64,000 nucleotides of DNA, from the NCBI RefSeq assembly GCF_018350175.1, contig NC_058369.1:44454001-44518000 (forward strand). Direction: 5' to 3'. This DNA comes from Felis catus. Taxonomy: Eukaryota. This document shows positions 51,173-63,460 of this stretch, piece after piece. The position numbers and the translations under genes are program-made. The number at the start of each line of letters is the position of its first letter. Position 1 is the first letter of the stretch. Under the pieces are notes generated by a model. It saw nothing but the letters and a program-made list of their open reading frames with translations, made no database searches and was not told the origin of the DNA.

Positions 51173-51959
51173 TCCATGTGTCTCTTAAATATCAATGAAT
51201 AAAGCAATGATTCCCTACCTTCATAAAGTTTAAATTTCATTTGTGGGGGGTTGGATTTTAACCTCCACCTAAATAATAATAATAGCTAATATTCACTTTC
51301 AAAACATATGTCAGTTGACCTGTATACCATACTTGTGAGAAAGACTTGCTTTCCCCAAGTCTGATAACTGAGATGAACCAGAATGAAAGAATTCCATGTG
51401 TTTGATTCCAAATCCAGTCTTTTTCCAGTCTGTCTTGTTGCCATGAGGACTTGAAATCTTTATTATATATTGGAAGTGTACTTAGTAATTAGAGAGTTAG
51501 TTAATTTGTTGACCAGAAGAGAAAAAGCAAATGGGGTAGAATAGATATTCTATACTTCTGAGGATTGCATTTAAAGCAAATCCCCATACTCCTAAATCAA
51601 CCTTTTATAGGTCTTTTCCTTGTTAAAGGCATTCTCCTCATCCTCTTAGCCTTCAGATTCAAGTCCAAATTCTTTAGGATACATTCAAGCAGTTTGGTTA
51701 TCAGGCCTCTGACTTAGGCTGGGCTGGGCGGGGCTAGGCTGTTTTTAATAAGGATGGCAGCTAAGTGTCAAGAACCTGAACTCAGTACCTTGCATAAATT
51801 CTCACTAATTCTTCCAGTAAGCCTGGAAGACAGCTATTGCCACTATTTTACAAATGAGCCACTTAGCTGGGGAATGGGAGGCCCAAGATTAAAGCACAGT
51901 ACTGACTTTTCAGACGTTGCTGTTTTCATTATCTTGTATTGTGGCAACTTGGACTCTAA

Positions 51960-52325
51960 ATTCGCAGCTTCATGCCTGTGTGTTTTCCTTATCCCTTGGC
52001 TTAGAATTTCCTTCCTCCCTCTTATTGATCCTTTAAACTTAGTTCAACTGTTGAGGCCCTTTGGAGAGCTTTCTTGAAGCCCTAGCCCCACTGCCCCACA
52101 ATTCAGTTAGATGATAACTCTTTTGCATCCTTAACACTTTGTACCTAATAGACTTATAGTGTGTGTTGAACTGCATTATAATGACTGGTTTAGTTCCTTC
52201 TCTTGTCAAGCCAGCAGTGAGCTCCTTGAGGACAGGGCCTCACTTCCATTACCTCTGCACACCTAACACCTTGTACTATTTCTGTTGCACAATAAGCACA
52301 TCTCCTTATTTGTTGAGCTGAATTA
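51960..52325 (+). mobile_element. L2 3' region
   Basis: cagtgagctccttgaggacagggcc...tatttgttgagctgaat. Confidence 0.65.
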
Positions 52326-54356
52326 GAGCTACTTGGATACCAGCAGAATTTTAATTTAGCAGAGTGCTAAATCAAATAATTATATGATCAGACCCTGCAC
52401 GTAGGTTCTTGAAAACCAGGACTCTTAAGGGAGAACTGAATCCTGCTTTTGTCTTAAGTACTTTACAGGGAGGTCTTTGGTATTACTGTTAGTATAAGAG
52501 TATCAGAATTGTTTGAAGGGTTGAAGGCTAGAGGCATTTTGCTCTGTTTAGCAGTGTGTAAAAATAACCAGAGAATTCTCAGTTAATCTCCTTCCGGCTC
52601 AGCCAGAGAAAGCAACTGAGTCCTCTTTCATTGTTTGGCTTCCTCTGTAGGATTTACGAGTCTAATTCTTGGGCAAGGTCTCAAAGTTAGTGCTGAGTAT
52701 ACTACCTTTTGCTATAGCCACCTTAGGATAAACCAGGGAGAACTCTGAGCTGCAGGAGAGATCTATTACCACCATAACTCTTGGCTCATCCTGCAGCTTT
52801 CTTTCTGGCTTTAGCAAAAAAACCCCTGGAATTATGAAACTTTGTATCCTGTACCACAGTCCCACATGAGATTCATGAATCTTCAGCTCCATACAGAAAA
52901 CGTGGTGCTCTGGCTAATACTACCCACTAGACAAATTACTGTCAATGACCCCATTATTTCTGATTAGTAAAGGTGAACCTTACTGTCTTCAATGTAAATA
53001 AATACCAATAGGATTCCTGAATTCCTTCATCCTTAAAAATTTACAGCTCTTAACACATACTGTAAATAGCATCATATCATGAATTAAATCTTTATCATGA
53101 AATTGGGTACATTTTCTAAGCTAATTTTAATTGCTTCAAGAAACTGCTTAACATTGTAAATCAATCCCCAGGTCTGANNNNNNNNNNNNNNNNNNNNNNN
53201 NNNNNNNNNNNNNNNNNNNNNNNNNNNNNNNNNNNNNNNNNNNNNNNNNNNNNNNNNNNNNNNNNNNNNNNNNNNNNNNNNNNNNNNNNNNNNNNNNNNN
53301 NNNNNNNNNNNNNNNNNNNNNNNNNNNNNNNNNNNNNNNNNAGCCACATCAGCAGATCAGAAGTTAAGAGTCCCTTTTGTCTTCACAACATATTAAGTCT
53401 AGCTTTATCAGAAACTTAGCTATTTAAGGGCACAAAAGAAAGATGAGTTCTCTAATGATGGTTCTTCACTTTCTGTTAGCTTTCTCATAAACATAAAGGC
53501 TTCTCAGTGATCATGTGGTATAAATTAATGCTAAGAGCCCTTGATTAACGAGCTTGTGCTGGTCCATTTTTTCATGTGAGCCTGTGTTTACTCACGGTGT
53601 TTTCCTTATGAGTGAGAGTGAGATGAGAAGCCCCAGGTTATTATCAGATTAAAAATATTGGAGCTACAATAATAATAATATCTATTGTTTTATCATTTAT
53701 CATATTTATCATAACATTTATCATATTGTTAATATCATTTGTATGGCACTATATAGTTTTCACTCACTTATTAAGTAGATATCACTTGAAACAATCTTGA
53801 GAGGGAGGGAGGATGGGGTGCATACCCAGGACCATGCAACTAGTTATAGCCAGGCTTGTAAAGAGATTTTGAGTCTCCCAGTTTCCTAGCGTTCTCCTTT
53901 ATTTGACTAAATGATAGATAGAAAGCATCATGCTCATCTTTGAAACCCCAGTGGGAGCTCCTCTCTTTTATAAAGTCTCCCAGGCCAGAAAGTTTCCTCC
54001 TTCCTTCCCAATGGCATATTGAATTGCAGTTTTTTGAAATGTGCACAACTGCCCTCATTGGAATAGGAAGAGATTCTTGATGCTAGAATTTTTGTCTGCA
54101 TTTTGGCAGGTCCAAGTGCCTCACCTAGTATTTGGCAAGCAGAGGGTGCCCCATATATGCAACTGCATGGCTAGCTGGCAGTATAGAGGGAGAAGGGATG
54201 GGTAGATGAGAGCAAGTGCAGTAGAGAGTTCTGTTTTCTAAGGTCATGTTGCAAACCTTTGGCACCTGACAATGATTTGGCTTTGTTTGGTTCACACATT
54301 GTTTAAAAAAAATATTTTGAACTAATTCCCAGTATTCAAAACTTGGGAGATTCTCA

Positions 54357-54626
54357 AAGTGTCTGGGTGGTTCAGTCAGTTAAGCATCCAATTTTGACTC
54401 ACATCATGATCTCGAAGTTCATGAGTTCCAGCCCCGTGTTGGGCCCTGTGCTGACACCTCGAGGCGTGAAAGCTNNNNNNNNNNNNNNNNNNNNNNNNNN
54501 NNNNNNNNNNNNNNNNNNNNNNNNNNNNNNNNNNNNNNNNNNNNNNNNNNNNNNNNNNNNNNNNNNNNNNNNNNNNNNNNNNNNNNNNNNNNNNNNNNNN
54601 NNNNNNNNNNAAAATATATAAACATT
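54357..54626 (+). mobile_element. Can-SINE (3' half in N gap)
   Basis: Head ctgggtggttcagtcagttaagcatcc; tail taaacattaaaa. TSD AAAACTTGGGAGATT at 54338-54352 and 54627-54641. Confidence 0.85.
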
Positions 54627-55540
54627 AAAACTTGGGAGATTTTTCAAAATACAATAATATTTGCAAATTTTCTTTAAAAAGGTCCTGCCACCCTGGTTCT
54701 GTGCACCATATGTTACCATTAGCTTGAGCTAAGGAATACCCTCCAGCTTCATACAGGACATGGCTGTGTTCTCCAGAGTGCCCATGTTTGCCCGCCTGCT
54801 TCACTCATACTTACTTAATTTGTAGCCTTTGGAATGCAGAACAAGGAGCCTTTCTTTACTACAGAGTTATCCTAATTTAATATTCCTGGATAATGGAAGA
54901 ATCACTGTTGTAAATCATGTTCAGGATTTGTCCAAAAGAACCTCATTGCCAACTACTCATAGTTGGTAGGATTTTTTTTTTGGTAGGCACAAGAGCTGCA
55001 CATTTTACTGCATTTTAGAGATGAAACAGAACATAAGGAAAAAAAAATGTTTAAATTGTTAGAGTAGTTATAATTTTCCCACATGTAATTCCATTCCAAA
55101 CCTTGGGAATTTTTCCTCATGGTCCAGCAGTGTTAACCCTCTCTTGTTCACTGACAGCTGAACTCTTCATGCTGACTTTTTTAGCATATTATTAATTTTG
55201 AAAATAAAGAAGAACAGGGACTGGAGAATAAGGGACTAGATAGGACCTTGTAAAGAAACATAGTTCATTCCCCTGCCTTTGGATTGTTTCACATCTAATC
55301 AGAACTATTCTTGTTTTCACTCAGTAGCCACAGGGACACGTCAGCTCATCCCTGTCCAAATATTATTTGGAAGAAAAGGAAAGGAAGCTTATTTGTTTCA
55401 TATCCATAATTTAACATACTTTTCTTTAATAGTACTTTTCCACAAGTGAATTTTATTTGTTTTCAGATAAAGACAAATTTGCAGAGACCACAAAAAGAAG
55501 TATCTGCAAATCTCATTGTGATGTTTCTTCTTTCCCACAG

Positions 55541-55627
55541 ATTAAAGGTTGAACAAAACTTAAAAGAAGCAGCGATTCTATTCATTTGATACTGGACTTG
55601 AAACTCCTTTGACCTCAGAAACTGAAG
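55541..55627 (+). other. CNTN4: 5' UTR part of the CNTN4 ATG-containing exon
   Basis: Strong acceptor TTTCTTCTTTCCCACAG ending at 55540, then 87 nt with no ATG before the start codon. Confidence 0.85.
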
Positions 55628-55682
55628 ATGAGGTTGCCATGGGAACTGCTGGTACTGCAATCATTCATGTTGTGCCTTGCAG
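55628..55682 (+). CDS. CNTN4: Contactin-4 (BIG-2) first coding exon, signal peptide [18 protein letters not shown] + 1 nt; CDS continues beyond the window
   Basis: Manual translation matches the known CNTN4 N-terminus (human [20 protein letters not shown]...). ATG has A at -3 and an in-frame TGA upstream at 55610-55612. The exon ends GCA G|GTAGAG, a phase-1 donor at 55683, consistent with a split Asp19 codon. Confidence 0.96.
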
Positions 55683-56614
55683 GTAGAGTGTCATTTAAAA
55701 ACTTTTTGATTTAAAAATGCTACTGTATTTCACACTAATTCAAAAGTGGGCCTTCGCTTTCGATGGCCATGATAAAATTGTAAGAGTGCATGCTACGATG
55801 ACTAGCATTTGCTGACACTGTTGAATCTGCTTTCCTGATGGTCTTTTAGTGGCTCTTTTCATGGTGTTGTATCCAAAGCTAGACACTGATGTTTCCACCT
55901 GTCTATCTGGTCCTTTTAGAGTCCTTTGAGCCATTATTTAGTTAGAAAGTTGTTATTTTTGCTCATCCCACTGCTCAGTTGCACAGAGATATTGGGAAAT
56001 AAAACTGATAACATAGTCTAGAGCCTTACCTCCTTTGATGTCAGCAGATAGAAGTTTATTTGGGTAGCTCTTTCAGTGTCTTTGTTAATATTACTCCATT
56101 TTTTCGTCCTCTCTTTCATTTCGATATACCTATAGTTAGCAGGAGCTGGAAAGTAAGAAGACAGGAGATTTTTTTTACCATATGCCCATGGTCAACTAGT
56201 AGATAAGGACTTTAAAGAGTTCAAGCATACTATTTATTGCTTTCTCCATTTTCTGGAAGGTATGAGCCTACCAGCCGACATACACAATTCGTATGTTGAT
56301 GGAACCTAAGTCCAACATGCACTGAGAGTTTTCAGGTTGGCATGGTGGGCATCTTTCCAGGCCTTTCAGAGGGACACCTGAATATATGTGCATTTAAGAC
56401 TTTTGGTTCACCATTACTCAGATCCACGAATTCATTCAAATAATGGTACTGAGTACCTTGCAAAGACCCAGCTTTGTTCTAGTGTCTGAGAATATAATCC
56501 GGAGCAAGTAGGACACAATCACTGCTCCCCTAAAGCTGTATTAGCTGAGTTCTATAGCTATATAGACTGAAAGCTTGATAGAACAGATTAATTGCAACTG
56601 TTACATAATTAAAG

Positions 56615-56880
56615 GTAGTAATAGTAATACTAACATGTATAGGTCACTTACTCCATGCCAGACACTATGCTAAACTCTTGTACTTTAGCTCATCTCATTC
56701 CACCATGACCACTAAGAAGTAATAACTGTTTATTTGTACTCGCATGTCTATTTTTATTATTATTACTGAAATGGCAAGAAGTTAAGAAACTTACCCAAGG
56801 TCACCAAGCCAGTAAGTGGTGAAACTGCTAAGTTTCTGACTCAAACAGACAAACTCTAGAATCCATAGTTTTGATTATTA
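56615..56880 (-). mobile_element. MIR
   Basis: cacttactccatgccagacactatgctaaa...gaagttaagaaacttacccaaggtcac. Confidence 0.7.
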
Positions 56881-57980
56881 TAACATACAGTATTTTAGCC
56901 ATATTGTTGATTCGTCTAGTTCATGCTTGCAAATGTATTCTTGAAATTTGGGGTTTCATTTTTACTGTGTTTTTTTAAACACGAACTCTCCTTCACTCAT
57001 AAGTAATCCCCTGCCTTTAAATCCTGAACCTCTTGCCTCTGCAAACATCCTCACCATTCCCTAATTTTGGACATTTTGCCATCTAGCCATCTGTTTTAGC
57101 TTTATCACTTCTCTTCCTCATCTGGTCAGAGCCTAAATCATGTCATCCCAGCAAAGTACATCAGACTCTGTGCCTCAGTTGCTTTTCTCTAGTCTTTTTT
57201 ATGGACTTTGACCCTCCTAAAAAGGCCTCAACTGAGTCATTCTGGTTTTAACTTCTAATGACTCTGGGATGAATGTATTCTTTAAAGCTGAAAGCAGTGA
57301 ATTGATGTTGCAGTATTTGACTACAGCAATGTGCTTATTTAACCCACTGTGCTGAGTAGATGTCAAGAAATTAAAGAGTTGAAAATCGAGGAAGACATTA
57401 ATCTCCTCAGTTGTGTTTTGAAAAACTTGGACTTCTCACTGAAGATGTGTACCTGTATCTTTTTTCTTCACTTAGCTTTTTGTAGGGCATCAGTATATTG
57501 ATTGTTTTTGTGAGCCTTTTTTGTGAACTGTTTCACATGGCATTAATATTCTCTTACCATATGCCTCCTTCAATGTAGGTAAAGTCAAGCTTTAATTAAT
57601 GTTTTTGTTTTCTTGCTATTTGTCTTGATTTCATTAATTTATATAGCACTTGACACTGAATTTTGAACAGATTTCTTTAACTGCTTTAGCTTCTCATCCT
57701 TTTCCTTTTCTGTACTTAGTTACAGCTTTCATGGTAAGTTTTTGGCAAGGAAAATATTTATGCCTATTATGTTTACCATAATTAGTAAATCTCAAATGTT
57801 TCTGTTCCATAAGAAAGAAGATCCAAATGAATAAGCAGGCTTCTATAAGAGATATACCTTGAGAGGACTAGTAATTACTTAATTAGCAATTAATAATTAG
57901 TAATTTATGGTACAGTGGAAATGTTCTCCTCTTTTGCTAAATGCTACACTTAGTCTCTGAAAATAATTTTTTTAAGAAGA

Positions 57981-58067
57981 GGGGTGCTTGCCTGGCTCAG
58001 TAGAGCACGTGACTCTTGATCTCAGGGTTGTGAGTTCAAGCCTCATGTTGTGTGTAGAGATTACTTA
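57981..58067 (+). mobile_element. SINEC_old-like short SINE
   Basis: ggggtgcttgcctggctcagtagagcacgtgactcttgatctcagggttgtgagttcaagcc...tagagattactta. Confidence 0.87.
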
Positions 58068-58174
58068 GGAAGAAAGGAAGGAAGGAATTAAGGTAGGAAG
58101 GCAGGAAGGAATTAAAGTAGGAAGGACTGGAGAGAGGAAGGAAGGAAGGAATTAAGATAAGAAGGAAGGAAGGA
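58068..58174. repeat. (GGAA)n-derived purine tract with a repeated 21-bp unit
   Basis: GAAGGAATTAARRTARGAAGG at 58081, 58105 and 58145. Confidence 0.85.
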
Positions 58175-58639
58175 CTACTGATGCCAGCAGTCTGAAAATC
58201 TAGTCCCTGCAAAATTGGTTTTAATTATTCTGCCTCTTAATGAATTTAAACTAGGGATCACAAAACTCTGCTACCTGAAAGAACAAGGAAGCGAACATGT
58301 GAGTGAAACATTCTTCAAGGGATAGTGACTCCTACATGTAATAGAAGATGTTGGTAATTGTGGAAAACGAGAGAAAACATATCCTATTAAATTACAAACC
58401 AGTGCCTGGCTCTAGTCCTTCATGCTAGGTCTTCTAGTTCTTCAAGACTTTTATGCATAAATCTCCTAATGTTTTAATATTGCCAACCCATTCACATTAA
58501 TTTTTAAAATAAAAGGCTGCATTAAACCAACCAAATGGTCTTCCGTTTGCAAAGTTTATTTCAACCACTTGGTTTTTCTTTGTTATTATACACTTTGCCG
58601 AGTACACTACATGTTGGGATCTCTGTACTAATAACTCTT

Positions 58640-59011
58640 CCTTTTGCCAAGAATGTTCATGCTCTAAATGTCCCTGTCACTTTCCCTCTAACCTTATTAA
58701 ATGTCACTTAATTGGTGAGGCCTTTCTTGATGACAATACACAAATTAATATAAAGGAAAATAACTTTTCTTTCACCAATACTTTATACCTCTCTTATTGT
58801 TTTATTTTTTTCTAGAATTCTTATACATGTATGAATACCTGCATATTTTATTTGTCTTTATACTAAATGTCTTTCCACACTAGAATGAAACTTTATTAAG
58901 GCAGATATTTCTGTTTGTTTTTAGACCACTGCTATATCCCCAGCATCTTCAAAATGCCTAGTGAACAGTGCCATTCAATGAGTAAATAAATATATTTCAA
59001 ATAAATGAATG
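58640..59011 (+). mobile_element. L2 3' end
   Basis: aaatgtcact...gaggcctttcttga...cactagaatgaaact...tatatccccagca...aataaatgaatg. Confidence 0.7.
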
Positions 59012-59027
59012 CTGCATACTGGCCATT

Positions 59028-59075
59028 TGTGTGTGTGTGAGAGAGAGAGAGAGAGGGAGGGAGAGAGAGAGAGAG
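59028..59075. repeat. (TG)n(AG)n compound microsatellite
   Basis: Directly visible. Confidence 0.9.
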
Positions 59076-59091
59076 CATGAGCATACACATA

Positions 59092-59370
59092 GGTAACTCT
59101 TTCCTCTGGTACATTCCTTAACCAATGAAGTATGAGGAACAGTAACAAATACTGCGGCCACCTGTCATTTGGAAGGACAGTTATTAGGCACATTCTACAC
59201 AGTTTCTTAGAAGTCCTCAGAAAGACTGAATCCCAGATACCCACAGTAGTTGCTTCTAGTTTTCCCTGCTTCTCTCCTGCTCCCTGGGATCATCTCCCAA
59301 ATAAATGTTTCCTCCTCTCCCCAAATCCTTCCCTCAGGCTCTGCTTTTGAGGGAACCCAAACCAAAAATA
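59092..59370 (+). mobile_element. ERVL LTR 3' part (LTR16-like)
   Basis: ctccctgggatcatctcccaaataaa...ccaaatccttccctcaggctctgcttttgagggaacccaaac. Confidence 0.75.
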
Positions 59371-61644
59371 TGCACACACCAATTAATAGAGCAGTAGGGT
59401 AATATTGGTCATGTCAATAATTGGGAAGAAACCAGATAGGAAACATAGCTTTGACAGATTATTGAAGTGTTGACTATGATATATATCCATGTATGTATAT
59501 GTGTACAAGTACTGATATGAGCAAATATAATATGCCTTTATATAGATACATCTTAAGTAATATCTAGGTCCTGGAACCAGATAGTTTCACTATTAACCAT
59601 CTCTTTTATTCTTCTTACTGTTAAGTAGTTGCATTATTAGCCAGATGCTGGGCAGGTCATATGTGCCTCTCTGGGATTCACTTTATACCTCTGTACAATG
59701 AGGCTGTTAAACAGGTGGTCCCTAAAGTCCTTTTCAACTCAAAAGTTTTTGTTTTTAGCTTTACACAAGGTTTGAGAAGCATAGAGATTCTGAGAGCATT
59801 AGAGCTAAGCTTCAAATTTTATTCAACTAATAAGAAATTTTACATATGTCCTGTGCCTTACCATGTGTTACTGATTCTATTCACGTTGGCAGAGTTTGAA
59901 AGAAAGAGTAAAATGGCTGGTCCATTTATTTGTTCATGTGCAGCAAGAGGTGTGAAGACATTTCAATACCCTGTGTGAATGCATGAAAAAAAATGCATGT
60001 TTGATGTATTCTCAGTTGATCTTGGTTCCAGGGAGGCTAAGTTTGTTCCCATCTCTGTGGTGCAGTTTAGCAATTTCAGCAATTATCTCCTTTTGAGAAA
60101 GTGCATCCGTTCCAAATGCAAGCATTTTATTGACTTGCTCACAAAATCCATGCTGTTGTCACAGCTGCATCTGGGGATAGGTAGTGGAGTAAAGGTCCTG
60201 TATAATTCAGGAGAGACCTATTCTAAGACTGGTAAGTGTTCACAAAATGTGGAGGAAGGAGGAGCCCTGGGTTGAATAGTTTAATCACATTCATGTTGCT
60301 TGAATCGATGACAATAAAATTGCCAATACCTGCAATCAGAGTCCTTGGAGAGAATGTTCAGTGGCCTTCAGAAGGGATGTTAGGCTCAGGAAATGTCTTA
60401 TCAGTAAGACAAAAGTAGACTGTCTATGGTTTTAGCTTATTCCATGGTAGGAGAACACAAATACACATTAGGAACTTCCAGTATTTGTTGATGTTAAACT
60501 CAGTTAACGTAATCTTTCCACATAATCAGAACATTCCAACAAAGTTGAGGATCATCCCTAAAACATCTTCCCTTCTTCATAATGCCCATATAGTCTCACC
60601 AGAATGGAGAGCACAGTGAAGTTAGTTTCAGAGCTTATGCTCACAGTGTAGCCAGGTACAAAATTTGAGTTCTTCATATTCTCATATTTTTTTTACAGAA
60701 TAAACAGAATAATGGGCAACATTCAAATAGTTAACAGTTCTACTTAGAAATTAAACCTAGTACTGCCTCTGCTTTTGCAAAAGCTACAAGTATTCAATGA
60801 TGATAAAAAAACAATTGAGTAAGTCTCAGTTTCCATATAGCTACTGCAAAGCATAGTCTTGTAGCGACCTGTTATTTTATTGCTTCTTTTTCTAAGAATC
60901 TGGTTTGCCAATGCATTTATAGTCATGCTGACTGAAGCCAAAGAATGGATTTCCTGTTTCCTCTGTGCTGTCTTCTAACCATGGCCATTAAATGAAGCCA
61001 AAGCGGTAGAAAGATTTACCAAGAAAAGAGCTAATAACTACATTAAAATGCAGTGACTCTAGTGATGAAAATTCAGGAAAGGGATGGGAAGAACTATGCC
61101 CAGAAAATAATAAATAGCAAGTGGAAAACTCCTTTTGAATATCATTTTAAGTATTTAAGTACATTTCATGGTGTGATACTAAAAATGAGTAATGAAGATG
61201 TTGAGGTAAATAGAGAAACTGGCAACAGCTTTATATCCCCATAGGCATGGACATATAGTAGTATCATACAACCCAAAAGTTCTTAGAAATATTCAATTTT
61301 AGACCACTCCGGAAGCAAAGTCATTAATGGCTTCATTAGATATGCTCAGCCAAGCTGGATGTCTTAACTATATAAAACTCTCTTACTGATAGAGTCTAGG
61401 ACATGTATCTACAAAAACAAAAGAAAAGAAAAAAGAAAGAAAGAAATTCTGTTGAATGAAACATATTAGGAAGAAGGGAAAAAACAGTTGAAAATCTAAA
61501 TATAACCATGCATTTCATATCAGCTTGTGCAACAGTTTTCTGTAGAAATGTGCAATTAAGCCTAGAGCTTGAGGATAGCAGGTAAAAGGATAGCCTCTGG
61601 GAACTCCAACCTTGTCAGAAATGTGACCTGGAGACCTAACAGTG

Positions 61645-61860
61645 CTGGTAGTTAAGAGCATGGGGCTTTGAGATAAAATAGATAGGTCTGTTGTTTAAAA
61701 GCTGTGTAATCTAGCGATTCTATCTCCCTAAGTCTTTGGTGACCTCGCCATCTATAAAATGGACAGAATAAGTATATTTACCTCATTTAGTTTATGAGGA
61801 TTGAGATCATGTATATGTTCTTCGTGCTTAACACATTGTCTGATACTTAGCACGATTCCT
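61645..61860 (+). mobile_element. MIR
   Basis: gtagttaagagcatggggctttg...catctataaaatgg...ttatgaggatt. Confidence 0.6.
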
Positions 61861-63122
61861 TGTGAGCTACTGTTCATTGAGTGATTGAACACACATTTGA
61901 GGATCTGCCAGTGCGAAGCATCGCACTGTTCTCTAAGAATGTAGTTCTAAGTGAAACATAGTCCCTGTCCTCTTGGCCCTGGTGGTCATGATGGCGATGA
62001 CAATGACCATGATGATACCAGTATCAGCTTCTTAGCACACTGGTGTCTGGCCTTCTTCAGTGGTTGAAGATTGCATAGCAGAGTTTATAGCTCATTTGTT
62101 GCCCTTCCTTCACCTTTTTGCAACATGACCTCATCTTTAAAATGGGGGTTATAATAATAATAATGAAGAATACCTATGAAAAGTTAATACCTAAATTGAT
62201 TAAATCTGTATGTTTAAAGGCACTTAGTCTTGTAGTGACTAAGTCTAAGTCACCTAGACAAAGTGTTAGTTGCTGTTAATGTCATTATTAACATCATCAC
62301 CAGCAGCAACAAACCAGTGGGCATCCATTTGCGTGTACAGCAACCACAACATTTAGAGTCTACCTCCTAGAGGGAAGGCACCTAGAACAGTTGCCAGTTG
62401 GAGCCATATATCTGGGGAATTGGCCCCGGGAAAGTGCTGGGAAGGTTTTTGTGATGGGGCCTCCAGAAATTATCAAGTTGCAAAGAGATGAGGTTTCTAA
62501 AGAGAAAAGGATCTGATGGCTCAAAATGATGAAAGATTTCTAAAATAAATTTTACAGAACAACAATAACAATAACAACAACAACTAAGACAAACAAAGGT
62601 GCACATAAAAGTCCCTAATGAACTGTGATGGAATGTGCCGGTGTAAAGACTGTGTGCTGTGCCATACCCTTCTATTCTTCTCTCCCCCTAAACTCCTGTT
62701 GTTGATGTCAACCAGATACTTCATCCATATGATAAACAGAGTTTGATGAGGATATTGCCCCACACTGTTTTAATACTACCCTTAATCTGTTTATTGCTTG
62801 TTAACTATGAAATATTTGCTGAACAGTCTGTTTAGCAAGCCTATTAGGGGCTGGTGGCAACTACAAGAATAATGAGTGAGAATTTATCGAGCATATCTGT
62901 GCCAGATATAGTATCACGTTCTTGAGTGCAGTATTCCATTTAACCTGACAATAACCCATTTCCTAGATGAGGGGTTACATGTCCTGACTAAGGAAGCAAA
63001 GCAGTATTTGAATTTGAGTCTATCCAGCTCCAAAGCCTGGGCTGTTAACTGTGATGGTATGATATCTAATGACACCTAGTCCTTGTCCTGTGGAGCTCAC
63101 CATCTTGTAAAATACTATGAAC

Positions 63123-63308
63123 CACTACTTCTCGAATGCAGTCCATGTACCAGCAGCAGCAGCATCACCTAGTAATATAGTAGAAATGTAGATTCCTGGG
63201 CCCAAGCCCAGACCTACAGAATCAGAATTTGTGGAAATGAGCCCCTCAGTGTTTGTTTTAGCAAGATATCGATAAGATTCTGATGCTTTTGAGTGCTTGA
63301 GAACCACA
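63123..63308. mobile_element. MER5A-like hAT-Charlie MITE
   Basis: accagcagcagcagcatcacct...tagaaatgtagattcctgggccc...agacctacagaatcagaat...gattctgatg...ttgagaaccac. Confidence 0.8.
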
Positions 63309-63324
63309 CTTAGTGCTTTGAGAG

Positions 63325-63460
63325 GCAGGTAAGGCAGAAATTGTCATTATCCCAATTTTACATGTGGGAATCTGAGTGGTAAGTGACCTGCTCAAGGTTA
63401 TATGCCTGGCATTGATGGCAAAGCTAGAATCTAAGCTTTGTGATTCATAACCTGGTGGCC
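63325..63460 (-). mobile_element. MIR
   Basis: attatcccaattttacatgtgggaatctgag...aagtgacctgctcaaggt. Confidence 0.6.

Noticed and set aside
51716-51740. GC box / G-quadruplex GGGCTGGGCGGGGCTAGG as a promoter
   Set aside because: Isolated motif between old repeat fragments, no CpG island and only three G3+ tracts.
53688-53740. Cluster of TTATCA (GATA) motifs
   Set aside because: Explained by AT-rich slippage repeats next to a MIR-like fragment; no other support.
55628-55682. Assignment to paralogs CNTN3 or CNTN6
   Set aside because: As I recall them, their N-termini (MMFPWKQLILLSF..., MRLLWKLVILLPL...) differ clearly; this exon matches CNTN4 almost exactly.
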